Shown: positions 25,641-34,639 of the stretch, piece after piece
Numbering within the stretch: the stretch's first letter is position 1
Layout of the letters: each line of letters starts with the position of its first letter
Virus record (IMG/VR): IMGVR_UViG_3300016467_000307
Span: 1 to 37,924 of that record
DNA: 37,924 nucleotides
Source: a virus
Lineage: Duplodnaviria > Caudoviricetes
Reading direction: 5' to 3' (one strand)
The notes under the pieces: generated by a model
The model's input: the letters and a program-made list of their open reading frames with translations, nothing else
The model's database searches: none
Told to the model about the DNA's origin: nothing
Translations under genes and position numbers: made by a program

Positions 25641-26933
25641 ATGAATACTGATATACTTTTTCCTAATAATGATGAAATGGCTATAATAGGATGTTGCTTT
25701 GATGGTGGACCTGAAATTATAGCTGAGGCTTACGCTTTGCAGAACATGATTGTATCAGATTTGGTACGTGAAACCATTTTTGTTTTGCATGAGCTGTCTG
25801 AGAAAAAGCTTCCAACTGATTTCACGTCACTTGCGAACCAATGGAAAAAACGTCTGCCTGACTTAGAGGTTCCAGTTGATATTTGGTACAAGGCTATGGA
25901 GCTGGTTCCTAGTCCTGAGCATATGCCAATGCACGTTTCGGTTATTAAAGACGCATTTGAGCGCAGGATGATTAGGGATGCTGGGCTGAAGTTGGCTAAC
26001 GATGCGTTGAACTCAGAAATTAAACCAATAGACGCAATCTCTAGGATGGAAAGCCACTTGGTATCAACAAGCCAAGAAGACTCAACAGTTACCGATTCTA
26101 AGATCGTTGTCGGTGAATTTATTGCAGACACTCAGGATAGATTTAACAGGAAAGGTAAGTTGTCTGGAGTTCCTACCGGATTCAGGTCTTTGGATAAGAT
26201 GACTGATGGCATTCAATTTGGTGAATTGTTCCTGGCAGCAGCTAGACCAAGCATAGGTAAAACGGCACTAGCCATTTCGATAACTGAGGAAGCTTGCGTT
26301 AAAAACCAGATACCAACGCTATTCATCACCTGTGAGATGTCTGAGAAATCAATTATGCGTAGGCTGGTAAGCTCAGTTGGCTCAGTTCCTATGCAAAGTA
26401 TAAAGACTGGTCAGTTGAACGAATACGAGATGTCCAAAATGATGGCTGCAACGATTAAATGCTCAAAGGCTCCATTGTTTTTCCTAGACAGAAGCTCAGG
26501 CGCGTCAATTTCTGAAATCAGTGCTACGGCTAAGCGGTCTATAAGGAAACACGGCATTAAACTTATAGTTGTAGATTACTTGCAAAAGATTGCCGGGCAA
26601 AAGGCTGAGAAAAGAACCTACGAGGTAGCTGAAGTGTCTGGTAAGCTTAAATCATTAGCAGCAAGCACAAAAACAGCAGTGTTAGCATTAGCTCAGTTGA
26701 ACCGTGAGAGCGAGAAAGAGAAGGGAAGACCACCTAGGTTAGCTGATTTAGCAGATTCAGGTCAGATAGAAAGAGATGCCGACACAGTTGTCCTTATTAA
26801 CCGAGATAGGTCAGTCGCTAAAGGAGAGTCGATGTTGATAGTAGCAAAGCAAAGAGATGGAGAATGTGGGATAGTCAACGTTGGCTACGATGGAGCTTTC
26901 TGCCGCTTCTATGACTTGCCTTTTGATAACTGA
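25641..26933 (+). CDS. dnaB: Replicative DNA helicase
   Basis: AARPSIGKT, VVDYLQ, LAQLNRE, DSGQIERDAD, AKQRDG. Confidence 0.95.
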   Translation: MNTDILFPNNDEMAIIGCCFDGGPEIIAEAYALQNMIVSDLVRETIFVLHELSEKKLPTDFTSLANQWKKRLPDLEVPVDIWYKAMELVPSPEHMPMHVSVIKDAFERRMIRDAGLKLANDALNSEIKPIDAISRMESHLVSTSQEDSTVTDSKIVVGEFIADTQDRFNRKGKLSGVPTGFRSLDKMTDGIQFGELFLAAARPSIGKTALAISITEEACVKNQIPTLFITCEMSEKSIMRRLVSSVGSVPMQSIKTGQLNEYEMSKMMAATIKCSKAPLFFLDRSSGASISEISATAKRSIRKHGIKLIVVDYLQKIAGQKAEKRTYEVAEVSGKLKSLAASTKTAVLALAQLNRESEKEKGRPPRLADLADSGQIERDADTVVLINRDRSVAKGESMLIVAKQRDGECGIVNVGYDGAFCRFYDLPFDN

Positions 26934-26956
26934 TACACAAAACTGTAGAATACTTT

Positions 26957-27706
26957 ATGGAAATACAAATGTTGGATAACTACGAGCCTAGCCTGCATAT
27001 CACGGGTTACTTCTACGGAGACATTAAAGCTACTTGTCTTATGAGCTGGATTGACCTTTCTAGCTACTTAGCTCGCTCAACACGCACAGCTCAGCTTAGG
27101 TCAATACGTGAGGATGCTCTGATCTCAAGATCACGTTGTAGGGCTACTAAGCAGTTTTTGGATTCAGGCTTAGACGTATGGATTCAGATAGACCATGACA
27201 TTGAGTTTAACACCCAAGACCTAATCAAAGCAGCTCAACTAGCCCATGACCTAAACGCAATCGTTCAAATACCCTATCCCTGCCGCGCTTTACCTCCTAG
27301 ACCCGCCCATAGACCTAAGGTTGACGCTACACCGCTTGCCAATCGCACAGAATTGACTCCTATTACGTTTTTCGCGTCAGGATGTGTCTGCATACCTAAA
27401 AAGGCTTTGGAGCTAACCTTGGGGCTATTAGACGCTGAGAATCAGGATAACCAAGATGGCTTCAAAATACCTAATGAGTTTCTGATTACTTGGTGCAATG
27501 ATGGTATGGTTGAGATGATGCCTACTTTATGGATGCCTTTTGCTATGACTGTGGCTCATGGTACTGAGTATCTCTCTGAGGATTATGCTGCTAGTGCTAG
27601 GTTTGCCTTAGCTCAGATACCTCAATACGTGATGCAGCCTTCTAAGCATTTGAACCATTGGGGTGATTTTCCGTTTACCTTAGCTGAGTCCAAAACCCAA
27701 AACTGA
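26957..27706 (+). CDS. GT-A fold glycosyltransferase-like protein
   Basis: ALISRSR, WIQIDHDIEF (DxD), ASGCVCI, YLSEDYA, LNHWG. Confidence 0.7.
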   Translation: MEIQMLDNYEPSLHITGYFYGDIKATCLMSWIDLSSYLARSTRTAQLRSIREDALISRSRCRATKQFLDSGLDVWIQIDHDIEFNTQDLIKAAQLAHDLNAIVQIPYPCRALPPRPAHRPKVDATPLANRTELTPITFFASGCVCIPKKALELTLGLLDAENQDNQDGFKIPNEFLITWCNDGMVEMMPTLWMPFAMTVAHGTEYLSEDYAASARFALAQIPQYVMQPSKHLNHWGDFPFTLAESKTQN

Positions 27707-27746
27707 GATTTCAAATTCGAGATTTCTAAAACCAATTTCTAACTAG

Positions 27747-27801
27747 TGGACATCACCTACCAACTTTGCATAACACTTGGACATCACCTACACACTTTGC
27801 A
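27747..27801. repeat. 24-bp direct repeat x2
   Basis: TGGACATCACCTACcaACTTTGCA / TGGACATCACCTACacACTTTGCA, period 31. Confidence 0.85.
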
Positions 27802-27855
27802 GAAAGCCATTTTCAACTAAACGGCCTGTTTTGAGCCTTAGAAATAGGATTCCAA

Positions 27856-27888
27856 AAACCAAATCTGGAATTTCAAATCTGGAATTTC
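27856..27888. repeat. AAATCTGGAATTTC tandem repeat, with a variant at about 27692-27726
   Basis: aaaccAAATCTGGAATTTCAAATCTGGAATTTC versus aaaactgagatttcaaattcgagatttc. Confidence 0.75.
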
Positions 27889-28301
27889 GTTTTCCCTTTT
27901 GCGTAATGGCACAAACTAGCACCTGGAATGCGTGCAAAAGCGATAGTCCTGCGTTATTCGTCAAAACGCACAAAGCTTACCCAAGTCTGTTTATAAACAA
28001 GGATAGTGCTATAGCGTCTAATAATGAAACGCTTTAACTTATAAAGGATGAGGTTTTAAAATTAAGGATTACATAAGGATAAAGGTTAAAGTTGAACGAT
28101 AAAAGCTAGTGTTGTGTCAAAACAGTTCGACTATGACTGAATCCTGGTAGGTAATCCTGAGGCTAGGACATAACTTTCCGTTTTTATGAAACAGTTTGAC
28201 CTGCTTTTCTAGCTCTAGGCATACGATTCCAGCTTATCAGAAAACGCATAATTATACCAGTGATCGGCTAGCTTGACCTGCAAATAGTAGTTTCCGGGCA
28301 T

Positions 28302-28324
28302 AAAAAAGCCCCATTTAAGGGGTC
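28302..28324 (-). terminator. Rho-independent terminator of the minus-strand operon
   Basis: Minus strand reads GACCCC-TTAAAT-GGGGC-TTTTTT, just after the stop at 28341. Confidence 0.7.
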
Positions 28325-28340
28325 TGAGTGTTGTTGTTGG

Positions 28341-28949
28341 TTAAATAGCCCTTCCTTGCCTAGCTAGGTCAAAGCAGTCAAACCGCTGGAAAAGGCTTTT
28401 GAAACGTTCCCACTTGCTTTCGCTCGGAGCTTTTATTGGTTCCAAACCGTTTTCCGTTTCAACGCACAGCACAGGAGTTACCCTGATTGAACTAATTAGT
28501 ATCTGGCTCTCTACGCTGAACGAAAAGTCTGGGACAAAACCACCTAAAGGTCCGCCTAAAGTTCCCATAGTTTCGCAATCCTCAAACCTAGCTCCAATTC
28601 TATCCAAAAAACCAAACGTGGTTTCCCTATCAAATATCCCAGACATTTGAACGTCAGATAAACAAGCCCAAAATGCTTCGCTTCCATATTGAGCCTTAAG
28701 CTTTTCGCATATTTGTATACGTGTCGAAAGGTTCACTTCGTCTAATCTGTCTAAAACACGTCTTGGAATTGAGCCTTCTCTTGCTAAATACTGATATTCT
28801 GTATCATATGGGTCACTTGGTTCAACTGGCTTTCCAGGCCATTCTTTTATTACTTCAGATAAGCTTGTGTCACAAGGATTCCATTCCTCCAACATTGGAT
28901 GTTCGCCACTAAATGACGCTACAATAGAAAACGCTAATTTGTATTTCAT
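28341..28949 (-). CDS. Acidic hypothetical protein (putative early gene)
   Basis: Likely start ATG 28949 (MKYKLAFSIVASF). Confidence 0.65.
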   Translation of the reverse strand: MKYKLAFSIVASFSGEHPMLEEWNPCDTSLSEVIKEWPGKPVEPSDPYDTEYQYLAREGSIPRRVLDRLDEVNLSTRIQICEKLKAQYGSEAFWACLSDVQMSGIFDRETTFGFLDRIGARFEDCETMGTLGGPLGGFVPDFSFSVESQILISSIRVTPVLCVETENGLEPIKAPSESKWERFKSLFQRFDCFDLARQGRAI

Positions 28950-29019
28950 AATACGATAAATAGTAATATAAATAATAGGACTAAGGTTAAAATGACGCCT
29001 AATGAGTCCAGGAATGTTT

Positions 29020-29250
29020 TCATGGGAAAGTAATAAACAAAACAACGTTGTATCCTTGAGGCTTTAGCACTATAGAATCCACATATGTTTCCTTGATACA
29101 TTTAACACCTTGCATATCAAAAGCCTTCTTAGCTTGTCTCACTATTGATAAATCAGAAGCCTTGTCGCTTATTTGTATTTGCTTACGTTTAACCCAAGAG
29201 TAATTTGCTTCCCCTCCAAACGTATCAGTTAGTTCTAGTGTTATGTTCAT
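29020..29250 (-). CDS. Conserved small phage protein (TDTFGGEANYSWV)
   Basis: Motif recurrent in phage early regions. Confidence 0.7.
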   Translation of the reverse strand: MNITLELTDTFGGEANYSWVKRKQIQISDKASDLSIVRQAKKAFDMQGVKCIKETYVDSIVLKPQGYNVVLFITFP

Positions 29251-29267
29251 ATGTTTATTTGTTATAA

Positions 29268-29573
29268 TTAGAAGTCTTGAACTAGTATGCCTCCGTCGAA
29301 TTGAATCACTTGGGTGTTATCGCGTAACTTTTCCAGAGCTTCGTTTTCGTCAGATAAGGTCCAACCCCAAGCCGTGCACGCATTGACCGCACTAAAATAC
29401 TCTGACCAGTCGCAGCATAGGGCAATCACGTCCAACTCAATCTCATCTCCAGTGTCTCGTTCCAGTTCCTCCAGGTAATCAAACAATGCCGACAATGCTG
29501 AATGACTGAATTGGCTAGGACGTTGAACTTGGAATGCGTCTCGGAATTGGTGAATGTTGACTGTTTGTTTCAT
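29268..29573 (-). CDS. Acidic conserved phage protein (ELDVIALCC)
   Basis: FS...ALFDYLEELE...ELDVIALCCDWSEY; first gene of the operon. Confidence 0.75.
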   Translation of the reverse strand: MKQTVNIHQFRDAFQVQRPSQFSHSALSALFDYLEELERDTGDEIELDVIALCCDWSEYFSAVNACTAWGWTLSDENEALEKLRDNTQVIQFDGGILVQDF

Positions 29574-29611
29574 AATTTGAATTGAATTTGAACGTTAAAC
29601 TGACGAAGGAA

Positions 29612-29660
29612 TACCTAGCTCAAACTGGTCTAAATGTCTACGAAAAAGTACATTTTATTT
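29612..29660 (-). promoter_or_regulatory. Putative promoter of the minus-strand operon
   Basis: Minus strand: AT-rich UP-like tract, TAGACA, 17 nt, TAGGTA; same -35 hexamer as at 16254. Confidence 0.4.
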
Positions 29661-29740
29661 TAGGTGTTTCTAGGGATTTACTGGCGCATTGCAACATTTT
29701 GAGCTTGATGTAGGGAACTGTAGGGAATAGTACTCAGTGA

Positions 29741-30238
29741 ATGGCTAGACCTAAGAAGGCCAAGGTTGCATTGCAAGAAAACAAGACATTGCGTCATTTC
29801 AACGATGTGCTAGACCAGGATAAGGCTGACAAAGTGATGGAAGGAATCATTCTCAACAAATCACTAGCTGAGATAGCCAACGAGACTGGGGTAACCCAAA
29901 CCACTGCGTTCAAATGGATTAGAGGAGTTAAGGTAGACATAGATTACCCTGAAACACGTGAGGAATGGCAAAACGCTGTAACTGACTACCTGGGAATAGC
30001 TATTTACAAAGCAACTAAGAGAATGGCAGAAGGGGATATTGACATGATAAGCCCGGATAAGACACCCCTTGCTATGGCTATAATGTTGGACAAGAAGCTT
30101 TTAATGGAAGGAACGCCAACCAATATCACCGCCAATATGTCAATTTCAGTGAACCATAGAGAGCTACTTAATGAGTTAAGGTCAAAAGGGTCTAGTACTA
30201 ATACAAAAGCCAGTGATTCTGACGCCGTTGACGTGTAA
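29741..30238 (+). CDS. terS: Terminase small subunit (HTH)
   Basis: SLAEIANETGVTQTTAFKW HTH, AIMLDKKLLMEGTPT; precedes TerL. Confidence 0.65.
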   Translation: MARPKKAKVALQENKTLRHFNDVLDQDKADKVMEGIILNKSLAEIANETGVTQTTAFKWIRGVKVDIDYPETREEWQNAVTDYLGIAIYKATKRMAEGDIDMISPDKTPLAMAIMLDKKLLMEGTPTNITANMSISVNHRELLNELRSKGSSTNTKASDSDAVDV

Positions 30239-30447
30239 AAGGCTGGTTTAGACAATAGGTATTATATTCAAAGTTGACACGTGTAAACTAAGGTAAGGGG
30301 AGGAGGGGGTTGGGCAAAGCTAGGCGGCAACATTGGCAACGGGTTTATCTATAGGAAAAATTATCTCAAACTCCTCTTACACCGCATCCTAATCTCAATC
30401 CTAGTCATTCTATCCCCTAGCAAATCAAAGTGTCCTATAAGTCAAAT

Positions 30448-32169
30448 ATGAGCGATTCTCGTGGTGTTGAGCGTAAGTGTCTTCAGTGCGGCAAGGGTTT
30501 TGTGCCTAAGGTGCATTTTGAGGGTGAGAAGCAGAAGCGGTTTTGTGAGGATAAGTGTAATGTGGCTTGGTGGAACGATCAGCCTGAGCATCCTGTTATA
30601 CCTAAGGTTAGGGCGGATCATCCTAAGGCGATTGAGTTGAAATTACAAAGGACGCAGTTAGTTTTACTAGAAAAGGCTGATCCTTATAATTATGGCTATA
30701 TACCAGACCATTGGGAGATATGTAATGAGTTATGGCCTAGTACTCAGGAGATGCTGATTAGTGGTGGTAACCGAGCTGGTAAGACTTTATGGGCTGCTAG
30801 GAGAGTAGTTGAGACGTTACTTAGTAAGGATAATTGTAATGTGTTATGTTGTCATACTAGTAATGCTACAAGTGTAACAGTACAACAACCTGCTATATAT
30901 AATTATCTGCCTATACACTTAAGAGCTACTAAGAAAGGTAAGATACATTATTTGAATTATAGTAGAAAGAATGGTTTTACTGATGGTAGTTTTATATTAC
31001 CTAATGGTTCTAGGTGTGACTTTCTTAATTATACACAGAGTGAGAATACTATTGAGGGTAGAGAGGCTGACTTGATTTGGTGTGATGAGTTGGTGCCTCA
31101 GAGTTGGGTGGATACATTGAGGTATAGGTTGGTGACACGTAGGGGTAAGTTCTTGGTGACTCAGACGCCTTTGGAGGGTGTGGCTAGTGTGTACAAGGAG
31201 TTTGTGGGTGGTGCTGAGATTAAGAGGTGGGCTGATGGTGAGTTATTGAAGGATAAGTGTGCTGTGCCTGGGTGGCCTGTTGGTAAAGCTCCTAGGGTAA
31301 TGGATCAGCTTAGGACTAATAGGAAGACTGTGTTTTTCTTCTCAGAGGATAATCCGTACAACCCTTGGGATGAGATGAAGTCTAAGTTGGTTGGTGCGCC
31401 TATGGGTCAGGTGCTTACTAGAGCTTATGGCTGGGCTTCTGAGAATGTGGGCAAGGCGTTTGCTAGGTTTAGGCCTGAGATTCACTGTATACCGGCTGAG
31501 AAGGTTCCCAAGGAAGAGGGTACTTTGTATATGGTTGTTGACCCTGCTGGGGCTAGAAATTGGTTCTGTTTGTGGATTTGGGTAATGCCAGACGGTAAGA
31601 AGATTGTGCTTAAGGAGTTTCCTGATTTTGCCGGGTTTGGAGAATGGACTCTGCCTAGTGAAAAAGCTGATGGTAAAGCTGGACCTGCTCAGACGTTGGG
31701 TGCTGGACGTAGCATTATTGAGTATAGAGAGCTATTTAGGGCTATAGAAGCTGAGATTGGGTTAGGTGAGCCTGTAATGAGATTGATTGACCCTAAGGCT
31801 GGTGGAACTCCGGCTATTAGCGAACAAGGTGGCACTACTTTGATTGATTTGCTGGCTGAGCCTTCTGAGCATGATGATGGTATGGCGTTTGTACCTGCTT
31901 CAGGTGTACCAGTGGATCAAAGGACTGCTGCAATCAATAGCGAGCTTAGTTACGACACAAATAAGCCAATGACAAATATCAATGAACCTAAGCTATATAT
32001 CGTTAATGATTGTCATAACTTAGTTTGGTCATTGAGCGAGCATACAGGCAAAGATGGTCAGAAAGGTGCTTCTAAGGATCCTATTGATTGTTTGGGAATG
32101 CTTCTTTGTAACAAGTTGGAGTTTGTTGGCGCTGGAGGCTTAGATTCGATTGGCGGCGGTTCGTATTGA
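30448..32169 (+). CDS. terL: Terminase large subunit with N-terminal zinc finger
   Basis: GGNRAGKT (Walker A), IWCDE (Walker B), TQTP, VVDPAG, KDPID nuclease motifs. Confidence 0.92.
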   Translation: MSDSRGVERKCLQCGKGFVPKVHFEGEKQKRFCEDKCNVAWWNDQPEHPVIPKVRADHPKAIELKLQRTQLVLLEKADPYNYGYIPDHWEICNELWPSTQEMLISGGNRAGKTLWAARRVVETLLSKDNCNVLCCHTSNATSVTVQQPAIYNYLPIHLRATKKGKIHYLNYSRKNGFTDGSFILPNGSRCDFLNYTQSENTIEGREADLIWCDELVPQSWVDTLRYRLVTRRGKFLVTQTPLEGVASVYKEFVGGAEIKRWADGELLKDKCAVPGWPVGKAPRVMDQLRTNRKTVFFFSEDNPYNPWDEMKSKLVGAPMGQVLTRAYGWASENVGKAFARFRPEIHCIPAEKVPKEEGTLYMVVDPAGARNWFCLWIWVMPDGKKIVLKEFPDFAGFGEWTLPSEKADGKAGPAQTLGAGRSIIEYRELFRAIEAEIGLGEPVMRLIDPKAGGTPAISEQGGTTLIDLLAEPSEHDDGMAFVPASGVPVDQRTAAINSELSYDTNKPMTNINEPKLYIVNDCHNLVWSLSEHTGKDGQKGASKDPIDCLGMLLCNKLEFVGAGGLDSIGGGSY

Positions 32170-32223
32170 TTTTGTTGCAAACCAAGCTCTTTATAACGCA
32201 AATAGATCGACTGTAATAAGATT

Positions 32224-34317
32224 ATGGAAATTGCACCGTATAAAACGCCAACTGATCAAATGGCTAAAGTTGGTTCTGAGCCTAATGTAACAGCCTTGAT
32301 TGAAGAGTTGCGTCGAAGTGCTACTAACTATGGTATTGGATCTAGGCTTACTACCATTGAGAACACTAGATATTGCCGTTGGTCGGGTCAGAGCGAAGAT
32401 GGTAAGAAGTGGAATCAGAACAACCCTAACAAACCTGCATTTCCTTGGGATGGAGCTTCAGACACTCGTATTCCATTAGCTGATGATGTGTGCAATTCGA
32501 TGGTGGATCTGTACTCAACGGCTTTCTGGCGTTCTATGGTTAGGGTTAGCCCGGTTAATGTACGTAACATTGATACTTCTGTAGCGGCTCACTCTTTGAT
32601 GGATTGGACGATGAACCAGAAGCTGTATACTTCATTGACACGTGAGGTAGAGCTATTGGCTCAGTATGAATGGACTTATGGTTGGGCTGGAGTTCACATC
32701 TCTTGGCAGCAGGAAATAGGTCAGAAAGAGCAAGAGCTTAAGATTGAGCAAATCATGGAGTTGGCTGCTAATAGCCCACAAGGAAGCATTCTGTCTGAGC
32801 TACCTAACTTGATTGCTAATGAAGAGGCTACGGATCAGGTGGCTGAGCTTTTGATGGCAGCATTTCCTAATCTTAAGAAGCAGAAGGCATTGAAGTGTGT
32901 ACGTGAGTTGCGTGAAGAAGGTGAGTGCGAGTTTCCTGTTCCTACGATTGTTAAAGATGGCCCTAGTATAGCGGCTTTGTGTCCTTGGGATGAGTTGGCT
33001 TTTCCTCCTGAGACCACTGACATTCAGAGTGCGCGTGTTGTTTTTAGGCGTGCTTACATGACTGAGATTGAGGTGCGTCAGAAGGTTGAGACTGATGAGT
33101 GGGATTCTGAGTGGGCTGAGCAGGCTATATCGGCTATGGGCAAGTTCAGTAACTATGCTGATTACACCTACTCGATGGGTTTGACCAACAATGCTCTGCT
33201 AGATCGTTCTAACTTGATTGAGATTGTTTACTGCTATCAGAAGTCAGTTGATGAAGAGAATGTTCCAGGCGTGTATTGCACTGTTATATGCCCTCAGGTT
33301 GGCGGAAAATGGGGTAAGTTTGAGCTGATTGACTACGAGCATGGAATGTATCCGTTTGTGGTTTGGCGCACTGAGATGATTCACCGAAAGATTGCTGAGT
33401 CACGTGGCGCTCCTGAGATTTGTCATACTTGGCAGAATGAAGTTAAGGCTCAACGCGATAGCATCTTTGACTACACAGCTCTTTGCACGTTGCCGCCTAT
33501 TCAAGTTCCTAAGACACGTGGTGGTAATCTAAAGCTTGGTCCTGCTGTTCAAATTCCAGTTCTACGTCCAGGTGAGATTAGCTTTATGACCCCTCCTGCG
33601 CGTGAGCCAAGTGTTGCTTTTAACCTGATTGCAGAAATTGAAGCTCAAGTTGATAAGTACTTTGGCCGTCCTACAGAGAAGGTTGCTCCTGCTATCACTC
33701 AAATGCGTCAACAGAGGCTTGTAAACAACTGGCTACATGGATGGACTGAAGTTTTTAGGCAGGTTTTGTCACTCACAGTTCAGTATATTGGATCAGAAGA
33801 AGTGATGCGGATTACAGGTTTGAATGTTCCTCTTAGCACAAACACGCTTGAGATGGATGTTAGCCTGAAATTTGACGTTAGAGAGCTGTCTAGCGACTTG
33901 GTTACTGAGAAACTAAAGGCTGTTTCCACTCTTGTTCTACCTTTGGATTCTGCTGGAGTTATTGACAGGGCTAAATTGGTTGGTTTGGCACTTAGAGCAG
34001 TTGATCCTACGCTTGCTAATGAGCTTATTATGCAGTCTGGGCCAGCCTCTCAGAAGATGTTTGATGAGACTAACGATGAATTGGCTCTAATCAGCCTTGG
34101 TAATCCTCCAAAACTACGTGAGAACGATCCAACAGCCGCTGTAAGACTCCAATTTGCTCAGCAGATACTACAATCTAACCCTAAATACATTGAACAAGCT
34201 CAAGGGGATCAGTTGTTCCAAGCTAATCTTCAAAAGTACGTTCAGAATCTTCAGTTCTCTGTTCAACAACAACAAAACGCAGTCACAGGACGCTTAGGAG
34301 TACAGGCAAACCAATGA
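32224..34317 (+). CDS. Portal protein
   Basis: 697 aa after TerL; FPWDGASD, YPFV...SRG; Q-rich C-terminus. Confidence 0.85.
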   Translation: MEIAPYKTPTDQMAKVGSEPNVTALIEELRRSATNYGIGSRLTTIENTRYCRWSGQSEDGKKWNQNNPNKPAFPWDGASDTRIPLADDVCNSMVDLYSTAFWRSMVRVSPVNVRNIDTSVAAHSLMDWTMNQKLYTSLTREVELLAQYEWTYGWAGVHISWQQEIGQKEQELKIEQIMELAANSPQGSILSELPNLIANEEATDQVAELLMAAFPNLKKQKALKCVRELREEGECEFPVPTIVKDGPSIAALCPWDELAFPPETTDIQSARVVFRRAYMTEIEVRQKVETDEWDSEWAEQAISAMGKFSNYADYTYSMGLTNNALLDRSNLIEIVYCYQKSVDEENVPGVYCTVICPQVGGKWGKFELIDYEHGMYPFVVWRTEMIHRKIAESRGAPEICHTWQNEVKAQRDSIFDYTALCTLPPIQVPKTRGGNLKLGPAVQIPVLRPGEISFMTPPAREPSVAFNLIAEIEAQVDKYFGRPTEKVAPAITQMRQQRLVNNWLHGWTEVFRQVLSLTVQYIGSEEVMRITGLNVPLSTNTLEMDVSLKFDVRELSSDLVTEKLKAVSTLVLPLDSAGVIDRAKLVGLALRAVDPTLANELIMQSGPASQKMFDETNDELALISLGNPPKLRENDPTAAVRLQFAQQILQSNPKYIEQAQGDQLFQANLQKYVQNLQFSVQQQQNAVTGRLGVQANQ

Positions 34318-34574
34318 GATATACCGAAGAAAAACTACAGGAGATACTCAAATCCTCTTCTCAACATAATCAAACCTACAATGCGTTTCTTCAAATAATC
34401 AAAGACGCTGTTAATTATGAGCATAAAGCCGCTTTGTACCCAGATCTTGATTCAGATAGTAGAGCATATAACTGCGGTAGAGCTGCTTCTATTACCGATT
34501 TGCTTTATACTATTGCAGAACTAAGTGGTGAAAATGAATTGACAGAAGACGACGCTACTAACACTGATCTCTAA
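34314..34574 (+). CDS. Small conserved post-portal protein
   Basis: RAYNCGRAASI motif; position between portal and scaffold. Confidence 0.6.
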   Translation: MRYTEEKLQEILKSSSQHNQTYNAFLQIIKDAVNYEHKAALYPDLDSDSRAYNCGRAASITDLLYTIAELSGENELTEDDATNTDL

Positions 34575-34639
34575 AGCTTTCTGTATTGGGCTATATCAAT
34601 ACTGGTATATAAAACCCATCTTGCTTGGGTATAAACAGC

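Noticed and set aside
27690-27890. Mini-CRISPR array (ATTTCAAAT resembles repeat ends; 24-bp repeat pair)
   Set aside because: Only two copies separated by 7 nt, no 30-40 nt spacers, no cas operon
27777-28037. Plus and minus ORFs in the repeat zone
   Set aside because: Built from DNA repeats, non-ATG or weak starts, no protein-like features
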